In this document: positions 1 through 8,953 of the stretch, piece by piece
Layout: each line of letters starts with the position of its first letter
Position numbering within the stretch: position 1 is the stretch's first letter
From: Gammaproteobacteria bacterium
GTDB lineage: Bacteria > Pseudomonadota > Gammaproteobacteria > Thiohalospirales > Thiohalospiraceae
Direction of reading: 5' to 3'
DNA: 64,000 bases
Assembly: GCA_029883105.1 (NCBI GenBank)
Contig: JAOUJT010000001.1
Span: 3,035 to 67,034, forward strand
Program-made: the position numbers and the translations under genes
The notes under the pieces: generated by a model
What the model was told of the DNA's origin: nothing
Database searches by the model: none
The model's input: only the letters and a program-made list of their open reading frames with translations

Positions 1-51
1 ATAATTAGATTCGGAGACGGGAACACTTTCTATCTATCACAGAGGAGTTCT

Positions 52-549
52 TTGGTCAGTACATCGAACATGCAACATATTACATTTAAGACACGAGAGA
101 GTGCCGAAAGAGAATTGGTCCGTTTTAATACCACACTGAAAAAGCCTCTATCGCTGTCAGCAGAAGTGAATCCTTACGAGAATGCTGAGGAAAGAGTCCC
201 AAGCCCGGCTACTCTAGAATTGTCCAGACTAGCAACCTCACAAGCTCTTGAGATCAGCTATTTGAATAATCGGCTGATAGATGTTAATAAGGAGGCAATT
301 AAAAGAGAGATGAAAGGAGCTCCTGTAGGGCTTATAGCAGTTTTTCCGATGATCTTTCGAGAAGCTACCTATCCCAGGGTATGGTATATCTCTTCAGAAA
401 AGTCATATAAAGGGTGCGAGATATTCCTAGGGCGTGACGGTGATGTCCATCTTAAAGTAGCAAATGACTCTGAGTTTTTAGGTTGGCATACAAAAGAAAG
501 TGCTCAAAATTTCCTGGAAGGGTGGAGGGATAGTCTATGCCGTCAATGA
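52..549 (+). CDS. hypothetical protein (tandem paralog A)
   Basis: 165-aa ORF with a TTG start 4 nt after AGAGGAG. C-terminal block VWYISS..SYKG.EIFLG.DG..H.K....FLGW....A..FL..WR is shared with the next ORF. Confidence 0.6.
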   Translation: MVSTSNMQHITFKTRESAERELVRFNTTLKKPLSLSAEVNPYENAEERVPSPATLELSRLATSQALEISYLNNRLIDVNKEAIKREMKGAPVGLIAVFPMIFREATYPRVWYISSEKSYKGCEIFLGRDGDVHLKVANDSEFLGWHTKESAQNFLEGWRDSLCRQ

Positions 550-920
550 TGGAAGCTCTTGAAGAGGAAGGTAAGAAGAAGAGTACGTTAGAAGCTGAGT
601 GTCTGAGACTCTCCCGAGAATTATGTGCAAAGACGGAACAATTGATATGGTTATCGAAGAAATTTGATGAAGAGAAGCTAAAAGGGTTAGACAGCCACAT
701 TCCTGCAGTCCTTATATATAATGATGAGCGTATCTTTAAAGAGATCGACGGTGGTATAACTCGTTGGTATATATCTTCGCATCAGTTGTATAAAGGAAAG
801 GATATATTTCTAGGACCTGATGGTTGTATTCATTATAAATACTCAAAGAGTTACACCTTCTTGAGTTGGTCTTCATTTCGCGATGCTTTCGACTTCTTGA
901 AAAGATGGCGAACACCTTAA
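537..920 (+). CDS. hypothetical protein (tandem paralog B)
   Basis: 127-aa ORF overlapping the previous stop. Same C-terminal block (RWYISS..LYKGKDIFLGPDG.IHYK....FLSW....A.DFLKRWR) after a coiled-coil N-terminus. Confidence 0.6.
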   Translation: MPSMMEALEEEGKKKSTLEAECLRLSRELCAKTEQLIWLSKKFDEEKLKGLDSHIPAVLIYNDERIFKEIDGGITRWYISSHQLYKGKDIFLGPDGCIHYKYSKSYTFLSWSSFRDAFDFLKRWRTP

Positions 921-929
921 TCTAAACAT

Positions 930-976
930 CCTCCTGATCACCTTTACGGTGGTTGGGAGGTAACCCTTTATTTTTT
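930..976 (+). terminator. rho-independent terminator, copy 1 of a tandem pair
   Basis: 13-bp stem CCTCCTGATCACC / GGTGGTTGGGAGG with three G-U pairs, so it folds only in + sense RNA. 5-nt loop, then TTTATTTTTT. Confidence 0.75.
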
Positions 977-979
977 CTT

Positions 980-1025
980 CTCCTGATCACCTTCGTGGTG
1001 GTTGGGAGTCTAACCTTTATTTTTT
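980..1025 (+). terminator. rho-independent terminator, copy 2 of a tandem pair
   Basis: Near-identical duplicate: CTCCTGATCACC-TTCGT-GGTGGTTGGGAG followed by TTTATTTTTT. Confidence 0.75.
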
Positions 1026-1033
1026 GATTTTAT

Positions 1034-1048
1034 CCCGTTAAATTAACC
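1034..1048 (+). promoter_or_regulatory. class-1 conserved motif CCCGTTAAATTAACC (candidate phage promoter)
   Basis: Same 15-mer at 17594-17608, a one-mismatch copy at 38811-38825, and a 14-mer at 47532-47545. Lies just after the terminators and upstream of the packaging operon. Confidence 0.5.
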
Positions 1049-1378
1049 TAGAATAGGTTCCTTGAAGGGTATATATGGAACATTCCCGTGAGGGATCCTA
1101 GGGAGGGTCTTTAGGGATCCTCTTAGAGATACCTTTAGATACCCTTTTAATACTCCCCTATATTCTATTATTATTAATAGATAACAACAGTGATAGATGA
1201 TCCCCTAAAGGATAGTATAGGGGGATATTTTTCTCCTTCAAAGGGGAGGGCACAGGGGATAATTCAACGGGGTCTTTTTATTCGGAGACTAACACGAACT
1301 CTAAGATTTCCAAGCGCGTCTGGGAGTCAACTTCAAACATTATCCCTCAAAATTCAATTTTAAAGGTATTTACAAGAT

Positions 1379-1837
1379 ATGAACAACGATGGCACAAATA
1401 TACAGCCAAGAGACGGAGGAACATCCGCCGGTAAGAAGTTAATAGCAAACTCTCGTAGGTCTAGAGCCAGACTGGAAGAGCTTGACTTTGATCCTTTAGA
1501 AAAACAAGTAATGCTCTACAGGAGATTAGTCAAAGAAGACGAATGGTGGGAGAATCTCAAGGCAGGTACCTCTGTCGTAGATGTCGATGCAGATGGTAAG
1601 AAGAAAAAGACTCTGAGATACTCTGGGATAGCTCACGCTGCTATATTAGCACAGATGCAAAAGATAGGAAATGATCTCATGAGGTATGGCTACGGTCGTG
1701 TGCCTGAGAATGTAGGTTCAGGACTTGAAGCTCCACCTCCTCTGCAGATAGGTCTTACAGGAAGTAAGGCTCAAGGAGCTCTCCAGAGCATCGTTATCGA
1801 TGTGTCCCCTAAGGTAATCAATGATGACGAAGACTAA
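1379..1837 (+). CDS. putative small terminase subunit
   Basis: 152-aa basic/acidic ORF immediately upstream of the large terminase. Call is by position only; no diagnostic motif recognised. Confidence 0.4.
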   Translation: MNNDGTNIQPRDGGTSAGKKLIANSRRSRARLEELDFDPLEKQVMLYRRLVKEDEWWENLKAGTSVVDVDADGKKKKTLRYSGIAHAAILAQMQKIGNDLMRYGYGRVPENVGSGLEAPPPLQIGLTGSKAQGALQSIVIDVSPKVINDDED

Positions 1838-2000
1838 AGCTAAGGGTATCATGTATTGTCCTATCTGTGAATCAAACCTTGTGGCTACTAACTTTCAAGA
1901 AGTTGAAGAAGGTGAGCACGATGGCTATATCTATGTACATGATGCAAACACGGTTCACACTGATGAAGATTTAGAAGCACTTGAGAATGGTGTCCAGTGA
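1821..2000 (+). CDS. small CxxC protein (59 aa, below ORF-track cutoff)
   Basis: ATG at 1821; translation MMTKTKAKGIMYCPICESNL...ENGVQ. Its stop TGA overlaps the GTG start of the large terminase (GTGA), which suggests translational coupling. Confidence 0.45.
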   Translation: MMTKTKAKGIMYCPICESNLVATNFQEVEEGEHDGYIYVHDANTVHTDEDLEALENGVQ

Positions 2001-3346
2001 TTGAGCTACACCCAGGTCAATCGGATGTCTACTCAGACCTCTTTATTGAGAAATCAATAAGGAATGCTGTTGTATGTGCTTCCCGTGGATGGGGTAAATC
2101 ATACTTCGCGACTGCAACTGCAACAACAGCTGCGTATGAACTCATGGCATTAGACCCATCTGTGCCGAATAAGAATGTTTATATCGTAGCTCCTACATAT
2201 GACCAAGTAACTGATATCTACTATCCAATACTAGCCTACGATTTCGGTCTTGAGTCTATAGCAATAAGTAGCTCAAGAGACAGAGGTAAATTTATATTCG
2301 CAAATAACGTCGAATTGCGAATGATCTCGTTCGAAGCTATTGAGAGGCTACGCGGTAAAGGTTCTTATTTTGTAGTTAATGACGAGATGTCCTCTTGGGC
2401 TAAAGGCATTGGGCCTAAAGAGGCTTGGGAATCAGTAATAGAGCCTTGTATTACAACTCGATGGAGTCCTAAGCGAGCAGCATTTTTCAATGCCCCTTCT
2501 TGTGGAAGATCTCTAACAATTTCTACACCAAAGGGATATAACTTCTTTCATGAGATATATCACTATAATGAGAGCGATGATCTTTGGGGTTCCTACCATT
2601 TTGACTATAAATCATCTCCCTATCTGGATCCTGATGAAATTGAAAGGGTTAAGTCGACAATAGACCCTATTAAGTTTGCCCGAGAGTATAAGGCATCATT
2701 TGTCGATTCTGGAAATAGTGTCTTTTATTGTTTTGATAGAGATAGACATGTTTCAAAGGAGATTGTAGACTTCGTCCCAAAAGACTCTGATCTACCAGGT
2801 GAAGATGTGCATGTATGTATCGACTTTAACGTGGGGATAATGGCCTCAGGTATCTTTGCTGTAAGAGGTAAACAAGTCCAGTTTATAGACGAGATTCAGG
2901 GACAACCTGATACCGAATCTCTGGCAGTTACCCTGAAGAAGAGATATATAGACAAGGGACACAATGTCTATGCCTACCCTGACCCTACAGGCAATAGTAG
3001 AAAGACTTCAGCGGCTGTAGGACGTACTGACTTTACTATTCTCGCTAGCTACGGCATTAATATACGAGCTAGACAGAAGTCACCACCGATTATTGATAGT
3101 GTAGCAGCTGTAAACAAACAATTATTGACAGCCTCTGGACATGTCTCTATGTATGTACACCCTCGGTGTCAGAACATAATAAAGTCTCTAGAGCGTACTT
3201 CGTGGCTGGATAACAACCCCGATAGCGCATCTATAGATAAGAAAGAAGGTGTCGAGCATCATTCAGACGGTATTCGATACGCTGTTGAATATCTCTTCCC
3301 TGTACGGAAGGGTGGAAAGACTGTTTCACGTGGATTCAATTTCTAA
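1997..3346 (+). CDS. terL: terminase large subunit
   Basis: Walker A-like ASRGWGKS, Walker B-like YFVVNDE, and a C-terminal nuclease-like region (VCIDFN...). 449 aa, positioned at the head of the morphogenesis genes. Confidence 0.9.
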   Translation: MIELHPGQSDVYSDLFIEKSIRNAVVCASRGWGKSYFATATATTAAYELMALDPSVPNKNVYIVAPTYDQVTDIYYPILAYDFGLESIAISSSRDRGKFIFANNVELRMISFEAIERLRGKGSYFVVNDEMSSWAKGIGPKEAWESVIEPCITTRWSPKRAAFFNAPSCGRSLTISTPKGYNFFHEIYHYNESDDLWGSYHFDYKSSPYLDPDEIERVKSTIDPIKFAREYKASFVDSGNSVFYCFDRDRHVSKEIVDFVPKDSDLPGEDVHVCIDFNVGIMASGIFAVRGKQVQFIDEIQGQPDTESLAVTLKKRYIDKGHNVYAYPDPTGNSRKTSAAVGRTDFTILASYGINIRARQKSPPIIDSVAAVNKQLLTASGHVSMYVHPRCQNIIKSLERTSWLDNNPDSASIDKKEGVEHHSDGIRYAVEYLFPVRKGGKTVSRGFNF

Positions 3347-3359
3347 TAGGATTAATAAA

Positions 3360-3584
3360 ATGACCGACAATATAATACCTTTCAAAAAATTCGAAGGTGT
3401 AACTGCAAAAGAGGCTTTAGAAAGTTCTCTTAATACTGGCCTTGACGATGTTATCGTTCTGGGCTGGAAAGACGATATTCTATATTACGCTGCGTCGAAA
3501 ATGAGTTCTGCTGATGCTAACTGGATGTTAGATAGTACAAAAGCAATGCTCCTCAACCGATGTAGCTTTCCAAGCGAGGACTAA
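3360..3584 (+). CDS. hypothetical protein
   Basis: ATG at 3360 just after the terL stop. The longer track ORF (3249) overlaps terL and is unlikely. Confidence 0.55.
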   Translation: MTDNIIPFKKFEGVTAKEALESSLNTGLDDVIVLGWKDDILYYAASKMSSADANWMLDSTKAMLLNRCSFPSED

Positions 3585-3585
3585 A

Positions 3586-4176
3586 ATGGCACGTTCAAAA
3601 ATAACGAATATATCGAATGACCTTACCAGTGATGGTGGCGGCGTTCTTATATCGCTTATCCAAGGGGAACAAGACGAGTTTCCCATCACACTTAACTTTG
3701 TGGATGTAGTATCTAACACGTATACTTTTGAAGCTGTCTTGATTGAAGGTGAGAATGATGGTTCAGGGCAGAGACCTGCAACAATACGAGCAACAAGCCC
3801 TAATAAAGCTGTCCTTACTGTGCGTGTACCCTTAGATAAGGGCGTCTGGAGTGCTGCTGTGACATATCTCTTCAATGATTACGTAGAGTTCGGTGGCAGC
3901 ATCTATATAGCCTCAGGGGCTCCTTCTATCAGTATTGATCCTGTAGCTGACCCTGACAATTGGACGCCTCATGTGGAGAACCGAGTGTTTATTCAATTCG
4001 GTAGTGCTCTCTCAGTAACACCTGCGTATGCAGTACAACCTGCTGTAGGTCTGCCTGTCTATGGTTTCCTTGAAATGCGTGTCACAGAACCTAACATAGG
4101 AGCTTACACTCGCACATGGAAGCCTCTGAGAGGTCTTGTAGAGTTTCTATTTAGTCCGACTGCGCAGGTGCCATAA
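3586..4176 (+). CDS. virion-associated protein with CBM5/12-like carbohydrate-binding motif
   Basis: VWSAAVTYLFNDYVEFGGSIYIASG...DPDNWTP resembles the W..x..Y..GD.V.Y.G..Y.A....P...W chitin-binding type-3 pattern. Confidence 0.45.
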   Translation: MARSKITNISNDLTSDGGGVLISLIQGEQDEFPITLNFVDVVSNTYTFEAVLIEGENDGSGQRPATIRATSPNKAVLTVRVPLDKGVWSAAVTYLFNDYVEFGGSIYIASGAPSISIDPVADPDNWTPHVENRVFIQFGSALSVTPAYAVQPAVGLPVYGFLEMRVTEPNIGAYTRTWKPLRGLVEFLFSPTAQVP

Positions 4177-4178
4177 TT

Positions 4179-4715
4179 ATGACGGTTGTTCTGAAGATAT
4201 CTCAAAGTGATATCGCTACATCTGTTGAGAAACAAGAATTGTCAGCAGGTTACACAGAACAAGCTGTCACAGTTGAGGCCCTAGGGAAAGACCTATCGGG
4301 AGTAGAGGAGAGATTCTCTCCCGATATAGCCATTGAGAAGGTCGAGAGAAAGAATGTAGATACGCCTTTGCAAGTCTCTCCTGCTCTAGAAGGTAGTAAT
4401 ATTCCTCAAGAGATGACAGCAGATGTAGCTACAAAGGAATCTGTTCAGACGATCCCAAAAGGGAAGCCTGTTATGGTTATCAGCACACCAACACGCGACA
4501 ATACATTTGTCGAAAAAAGCCTTGCTGAAATAAGCCTCGATAAATCTATTATTTACGAGCACAATTTAGATCTTCCTGTTGCAGGAGAAATCACTGCTAA
4601 CAGTGAGACAACAGATGTTATTATAAATGGTTCTGGTATCAGAAAACAAGGGAAGTATGATTCATACGCAGTACAGGGATATGTGAAAGACGAATACTGG
4701 AGAATTAATAGATGA
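4179..4715 (+). CDS. hypothetical protein
   Basis: 178-aa ORF tightly packed between neighbours. Its stop overlaps the next start. Confidence 0.55.
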   Translation: MTVVLKISQSDIATSVEKQELSAGYTEQAVTVEALGKDLSGVEERFSPDIAIEKVERKNVDTPLQVSPALEGSNIPQEMTADVATKESVQTIPKGKPVMVISTPTRDNTFVEKSLAEISLDKSIIYEHNLDLPVAGEITANSETTDVIINGSGIRKQGKYDSYAVQGYVKDEYWRINR

Positions 4716-7700
4716 CCGATATCCTTACAAGAGCAGCCAAAGGTGACCTCTTAGAGCATTTTGAAATTGATGCTAATTTCACTAATCTGAATAACGACAA
4801 AATAGAGACTTCTCTGCTAGGTCTCACTGAAGGTAAGATCCCTCTACTAGGCCCAGGAGGGCTCTTTCCAGAGTCTGTGTTTTCATCAGTAGGAGGTTTA
4901 TTCACTGAAGACGCAAGTAACAATATAGTTGGTGGCACAGGTTCTGGTGCATCACTAACTACCGGTACTTACAATTTCTTCGCCGGAAGTAATGCGGGAA
5001 ATCTGTTACAGAGTGGCAGAGATAATATAGCTATAGGATATAGGTCTCTATCAGTCAACCTTGTTAATAATAACAATGTAGCCATCGGAAGTGCTGCTTT
5101 ACGATTTGCTACTGGTGCAGCATTAACCGCTCTAGGCCCTTATGCAGGTAATAAAATATCTTCTGGTAGCAACAGTATTGCTATTGGTTGGGCTGCTCTA
5201 GGACAAATAGATGCAACTTCAGCTTCTATAACAGGGTCAGGAAATGTAGGTATGGGCTTATACGCTGTCGGTGGATTATCCACAAACCCTACAACTCTAC
5301 ACACTAATTTAGGTGTGGGAAATTATGCGTTATCCGATCTACAAACAGGGGGATTTAACACGGGATTAGGCACCCAAACCCTAGAAACTATTACAACTGG
5401 TCTTGGAAACACAGCTATAGGGGATAGAGCCGGTAGGAACTTAACTAGTTCAAGTTCTTATAATGTAATGATAGGGTTTCGAGCCGGGCCAGGTACCGGT
5501 GCTAATGTACATAATAAATTATATATTCATAACAATGTGTCAAGCACGCCTCTGATTTACGGTGATTTTGCAATTTCAAAGATCACAATCAATGGGGATT
5601 TTGATGTTACTGGTGCATTTACCTCTTTAGGTATAGATGATAATGCAACAGGAGAACGGTTGCAGATAGCTGATACCTTGTCTAGTTTTGGCGCTTCAGG
5701 TGTTTTCTACGGACTAATACATCCAGCGAATGATCAGGGCATTACTATAGCAGGAGGTAATGCACCCGCGAAAGGAGGTAACATAGAGCTAGGAGGTGGT
5801 ACTCATGTTTCTATTGCAGGGGATATCCGTATTCGCTCAGGCGCTAATTCTGTCTTCACTTGGGACGAATCTTTAGGCTCTCTCACACTTTCTACAGGGG
5901 CAGGAGTTAAAACTACAGCTCTTACTATCAACGCTTCTCAGCGTGCTACATTTAGTGGTGATGTGAGGTTATCAGGTGATACTCCGACCTTGTCTATAAA
6001 TGACGTGGTATCGGTATCTGATACCGCGATGCAAACATACATCTCACTACAACGGGCTGGGGCAGAGAAAGGATGGTTAGGCTTTGGTTCTGGAGCTAAC
6101 ACACACCTAAGCATTGTTAATAATCTTGGCGAGATAAGGTTATCTTCTAATGGAGTTACTGCACTAACCTTAGATGCTTCTCAGGATGCTACTTTCGCAG
6201 GAGCTGTAACTGTACAAGGAGTTTTCACTTCTCTGGGCATAGATGACAATGCCTCTAGCGAGCGTCTTCAAATAGCTGATGGGGATATAGTTCTCGGAGG
6301 TTGGCATGATGCAAACTATACAGTAAAAAGAGGAATAGATAATAGAATTTTAATTTTTGAGGGAGGCGTTACGTCTGCAGGTAGTGCAAGGTTACTACTA
6401 TATGGTGCGACAGAAACAACTGGTGCTGGTGATTTTGCTTTAAAGTCAGGCTTTAATACTGTCTGCTTATGGGATGAGTCAGCAGGAGCACTAACTCTGA
6501 GTACGGGAGCAGGAGCTAAAACTGCTGCGCTTACCCTAGACGCATCACAAAATGCTACATTTGCAGGTACTGTTGACGGCCGCGACGTAGCAGCAGACGG
6601 TGCGGTATTAGACTCTTTAGTGGTGACATCTGCACCAAATATTCCTGCTCGCAATGCTGTACTAAATAAAGAACCTGTCAGTCAAGGTGAGTCTACCCGT
6701 ACTGGTATGAGTTCTACAATCTATACAGGTACTTCTAGTGCTAATCCGGTAGCCTCTGGTATTGATATGGCTACTGGTGAATTCGGAGGACTAGTCTGGA
6801 TAAAGAGTAGAAATACCGTAAGTAATCATGCTCTATTTGATACAGTTAGAGGAACTACCCTTGAACTTAAAAGTAACAGTAGTGGAGTAGAAGTTATTAA
6901 TTCAGATGCTCTAACTGCTTTCACCTCTACAGGATTTAGTCTAGGAGCTGATGCTAATGTAAACTCTATCGGTAATACCTATATAGCATGGTCATGGCAG
7001 ACTAATAAGAAAATAACTGGTGTTACTAATAGAAATAAATCTTATACTTGCCACTATAATCCTGACATGGGGTTTTCAATTGTCAGTTATGTGGGTGATG
7101 GTGTTGCTGGTCATGAGATACCACATCATCTAGGTGTATCTCCTGAACTATCAATCTTCAAAAATATAACAAGTTCGAATAACTGGATTTTGCAGGGGAA
7201 AGATATCGGGAATTCTGAAAGCGGGGACTATATTCTTTTAAACGCTACTAATACTCTCACGAACACTACATCGGTCAAGTCTATTTTTACGGAAGAAACC
7301 GTGAGTCTTGGAATAGCGAGCTATAATACTTCGGGTGTAAGTAATATTGCTTACCATTTCTCTTCAGTAGAGGGTGTTTCTAAAGTTGGTAAGTATATTG
7401 GTACAGGCGCTATTGGCAATTACGTGGAATGTGGTTTTACACCAGCATTTGTGATGATTAAAAATATAACAACTGCTGAAGATTGGCAAGTGTTAGATGT
7501 CATACGTGGAGGTGGAAACTTATTACAAGCCAATACTACTTCAGCGGAACAATCTGTTGTGCTACTAACTATTAATGCTCAAGGTTTTATTCTACTTGGT
7601 AGTGGAGGGACTAATAAACTCAATGATGAATATATATTTTTAGCCTTCTCCTTAGCCACTTCAGATGCTACAAAATCATGGACAAATTATAGTTATCCAA

Positions 7701-8953
7701 CTACTGCTGATACACTCAGTATTGCACAAGATACGTTAATTTCATTTGCTGAAGGATTTAGCGCAGTTGGTCAAACAGATACTCAGGAGAATGTCGGTGC
7801 AGGTGTAACTCATACGCTTGGTGTCGGGCATGAAAATAAACACTACTATATCTACAAAGATAAAGCTGGCGCATTCGGTGTTACCGAGAATCGACCACTG
7901 GAAGACTCTGATAAGTGGGGTGATAGATCACCATCTGATGCTACCTTACGTACTACCTCAAGGCATTTTGATTACGAGAGTGATACAGGAGTTGTGTTAG
8001 CAAGTGGCGAAAACTCTACTAACTATGCGTATAATGCATTTAATAAAGATATAAATGACATTATTACAGTAGGTAGTTACTGGCAAATTGCGTCCTCTAC
8101 AATATCTTGGTTACAGTACAAGCAAACCGAGAAACGAATTCTCAAATCATGGAGAATAAAAGCACATGGAGACTCTACCGAATTACCTTCACGACTAATC
8201 ATCCAAGGCTCAAATGATGGTCTTAATTGGATTAATATTGATACTACGTATTCAGCTTCTAATTACGTTGGGAGTCTGCTTAATTTGTGGGGAGATCTGC
8301 AATCTACTGCAGACAATACTGTAGCCTATTTATACCATAGAATTTATATCACAGCTAATAACGGTGATCCTACATATACAGGTTTTAGTGAGTTAGAATT
8401 TAACACTATTCTCCCATCAGATCGTTTTGATGTAGCTGAAGGTGTACTTTATAACTCTGCTGGTTCTCCTATTGCTAGAACTTATCTCGCTGAGTTCCGT
8501 ACTGATGACAATGGCGGCGTAATTAATAATACAATCCGTAACTTTACTCCAGCTAAGCAAAAATTCACTGAAGCTGAGATTCAAGGGAAGTTAAAAGTTC
8601 ATGATGAAATTGAGAATAGGGGTATCTGTACGGCATGGGTGAACTTCGATGGTACTCAGAATCCTCCTTTGATACTGGATAGTTACAATGTAAGCGATGT
8701 AGTTGATTTAGGTGTTGGAGCTTACAAAATTATATTTGAAACTCCGATGGATTTACCTGCTTATACAGTCGCTGGTTACGCACAACATGCGGAGAGTGTT
8801 ACAGATTCTAGTTTCAATATACGTGGTTACGGGAATTCTATCACTAAACAGTCTGTGACTGTTCAATCAACTGTGGTAAACGAGACATCATCTGCGAGAA
8901 CTGATTTAGGCGCAGTATGTGTATCTATATTTGGAGGTAAGAAAATACTATGA
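4712..8953 (+). CDS. tail fibre / receptor-binding protein with internal repeats and a discoidin-like domain
   Basis: 1413 aa, Gly/Ser/Thr/Asn-rich. Repeated blocks FTSLGIDDNA.(G/S)ERLQIAD and WDES.G.LTLSTGAG.KT.ALT..ASQ.ATF.G. F5/8-type-C-like segment WRIKAHGD...LIIQGSNDGLNW...FSELEFN. Confidence 0.75.
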   Translation: MTDILTRAAKGDLLEHFEIDANFTNLNNDKIETSLLGLTEGKIPLLGPGGLFPESVFSSVGGLFTEDASNNIVGGTGSGASLTTGTYNFFAGSNAGNLLQSGRDNIAIGYRSLSVNLVNNNNVAIGSAALRFATGAALTALGPYAGNKISSGSNSIAIGWAALGQIDATSASITGSGNVGMGLYAVGGLSTNPTTLHTNLGVGNYALSDLQTGGFNTGLGTQTLETITTGLGNTAIGDRAGRNLTSSSSYNVMIGFRAGPGTGANVHNKLYIHNNVSSTPLIYGDFAISKITINGDFDVTGAFTSLGIDDNATGERLQIADTLSSFGASGVFYGLIHPANDQGITIAGGNAPAKGGNIELGGGTHVSIAGDIRIRSGANSVFTWDESLGSLTLSTGAGVKTTALTINASQRATFSGDVRLSGDTPTLSINDVVSVSDTAMQTYISLQRAGAEKGWLGFGSGANTHLSIVNNLGEIRLSSNGVTALTLDASQDATFAGAVTVQGVFTSLGIDDNASSERLQIADGDIVLGGWHDANYTVKRGIDNRILIFEGGVTSAGSARLLLYGATETTGAGDFALKSGFNTVCLWDESAGALTLSTGAGAKTAALTLDASQNATFAGTVDGRDVAADGAVLDSLVVTSAPNIPARNAVLNKEPVSQGESTRTGMSSTIYTGTSSANPVASGIDMATGEFGGLVWIKSRNTVSNHALFDTVRGTTLELKSNSSGVEVINSDALTAFTSTGFSLGADANVNSIGNTYIAWSWQTNKKITGVTNRNKSYTCHYNPDMGFSIVSYVGDGVAGHEIPHHLGVSPELSIFKNITSSNNWILQGKDIGNSESGDYILLNATNTLTNTTSVKSIFTEETVSLGIASYNTSGVSNIAYHFSSVEGVSKVGKYIGTGAIGNYVECGFTPAFVMIKNITTAEDWQVLDVIRGGGNLLQANTTSAEQSVVLLTINAQGFILLGSGGTNKLNDEYIFLAFSLATSDATKSWTNYSYPTTADTLSIAQDTLISFAEGFSAVGQTDTQENVGAGVTHTLGVGHENKHYYIYKDKAGAFGVTENRPLEDSDKWGDRSPSDATLRTTSRHFDYESDTGVVLASGENSTNYAYNAFNKDINDIITVGSYWQIASSTISWLQYKQTEKRILKSWRIKAHGDSTELPSRLIIQGSNDGLNWINIDTTYSASNYVGSLLNLWGDLQSTADNTVAYLYHRIYITANNGDPTYTGFSELEFNTILPSDRFDVAEGVLYNSAGSPIARTYLAEFRTDDNGGVINNTIRNFTPAKQKFTEAEIQGKLKVHDEIENRGICTAWVNFDGTQNPPLILDSYNVSDVVDLGVGAYKIIFETPMDLPAYTVAGYAQHAESVTDSSFNIRGYGNSITKQSVTVQSTVVNETSSARTDLGAVCVSIFGGKKIL

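Noticed and set aside
3249-3584. Upstream-extended start codons given in the track for several genes: 3249, 10767, 17674, 37734, 40654, 40808, 45915, 46046, 48711, 50646, 50920, 54342, 55968.
   Set aside because: The extensions overlap the preceding gene by 30-120 nt. Internal ATGs sit right after the upstream stop and/or behind a Shine-Dalgarno sequence, and known N-terminal motifs (e.g. DIEGDG of the polymerase, IIDGD of the FEN, the primase zinc finger) begin just after the internal start.
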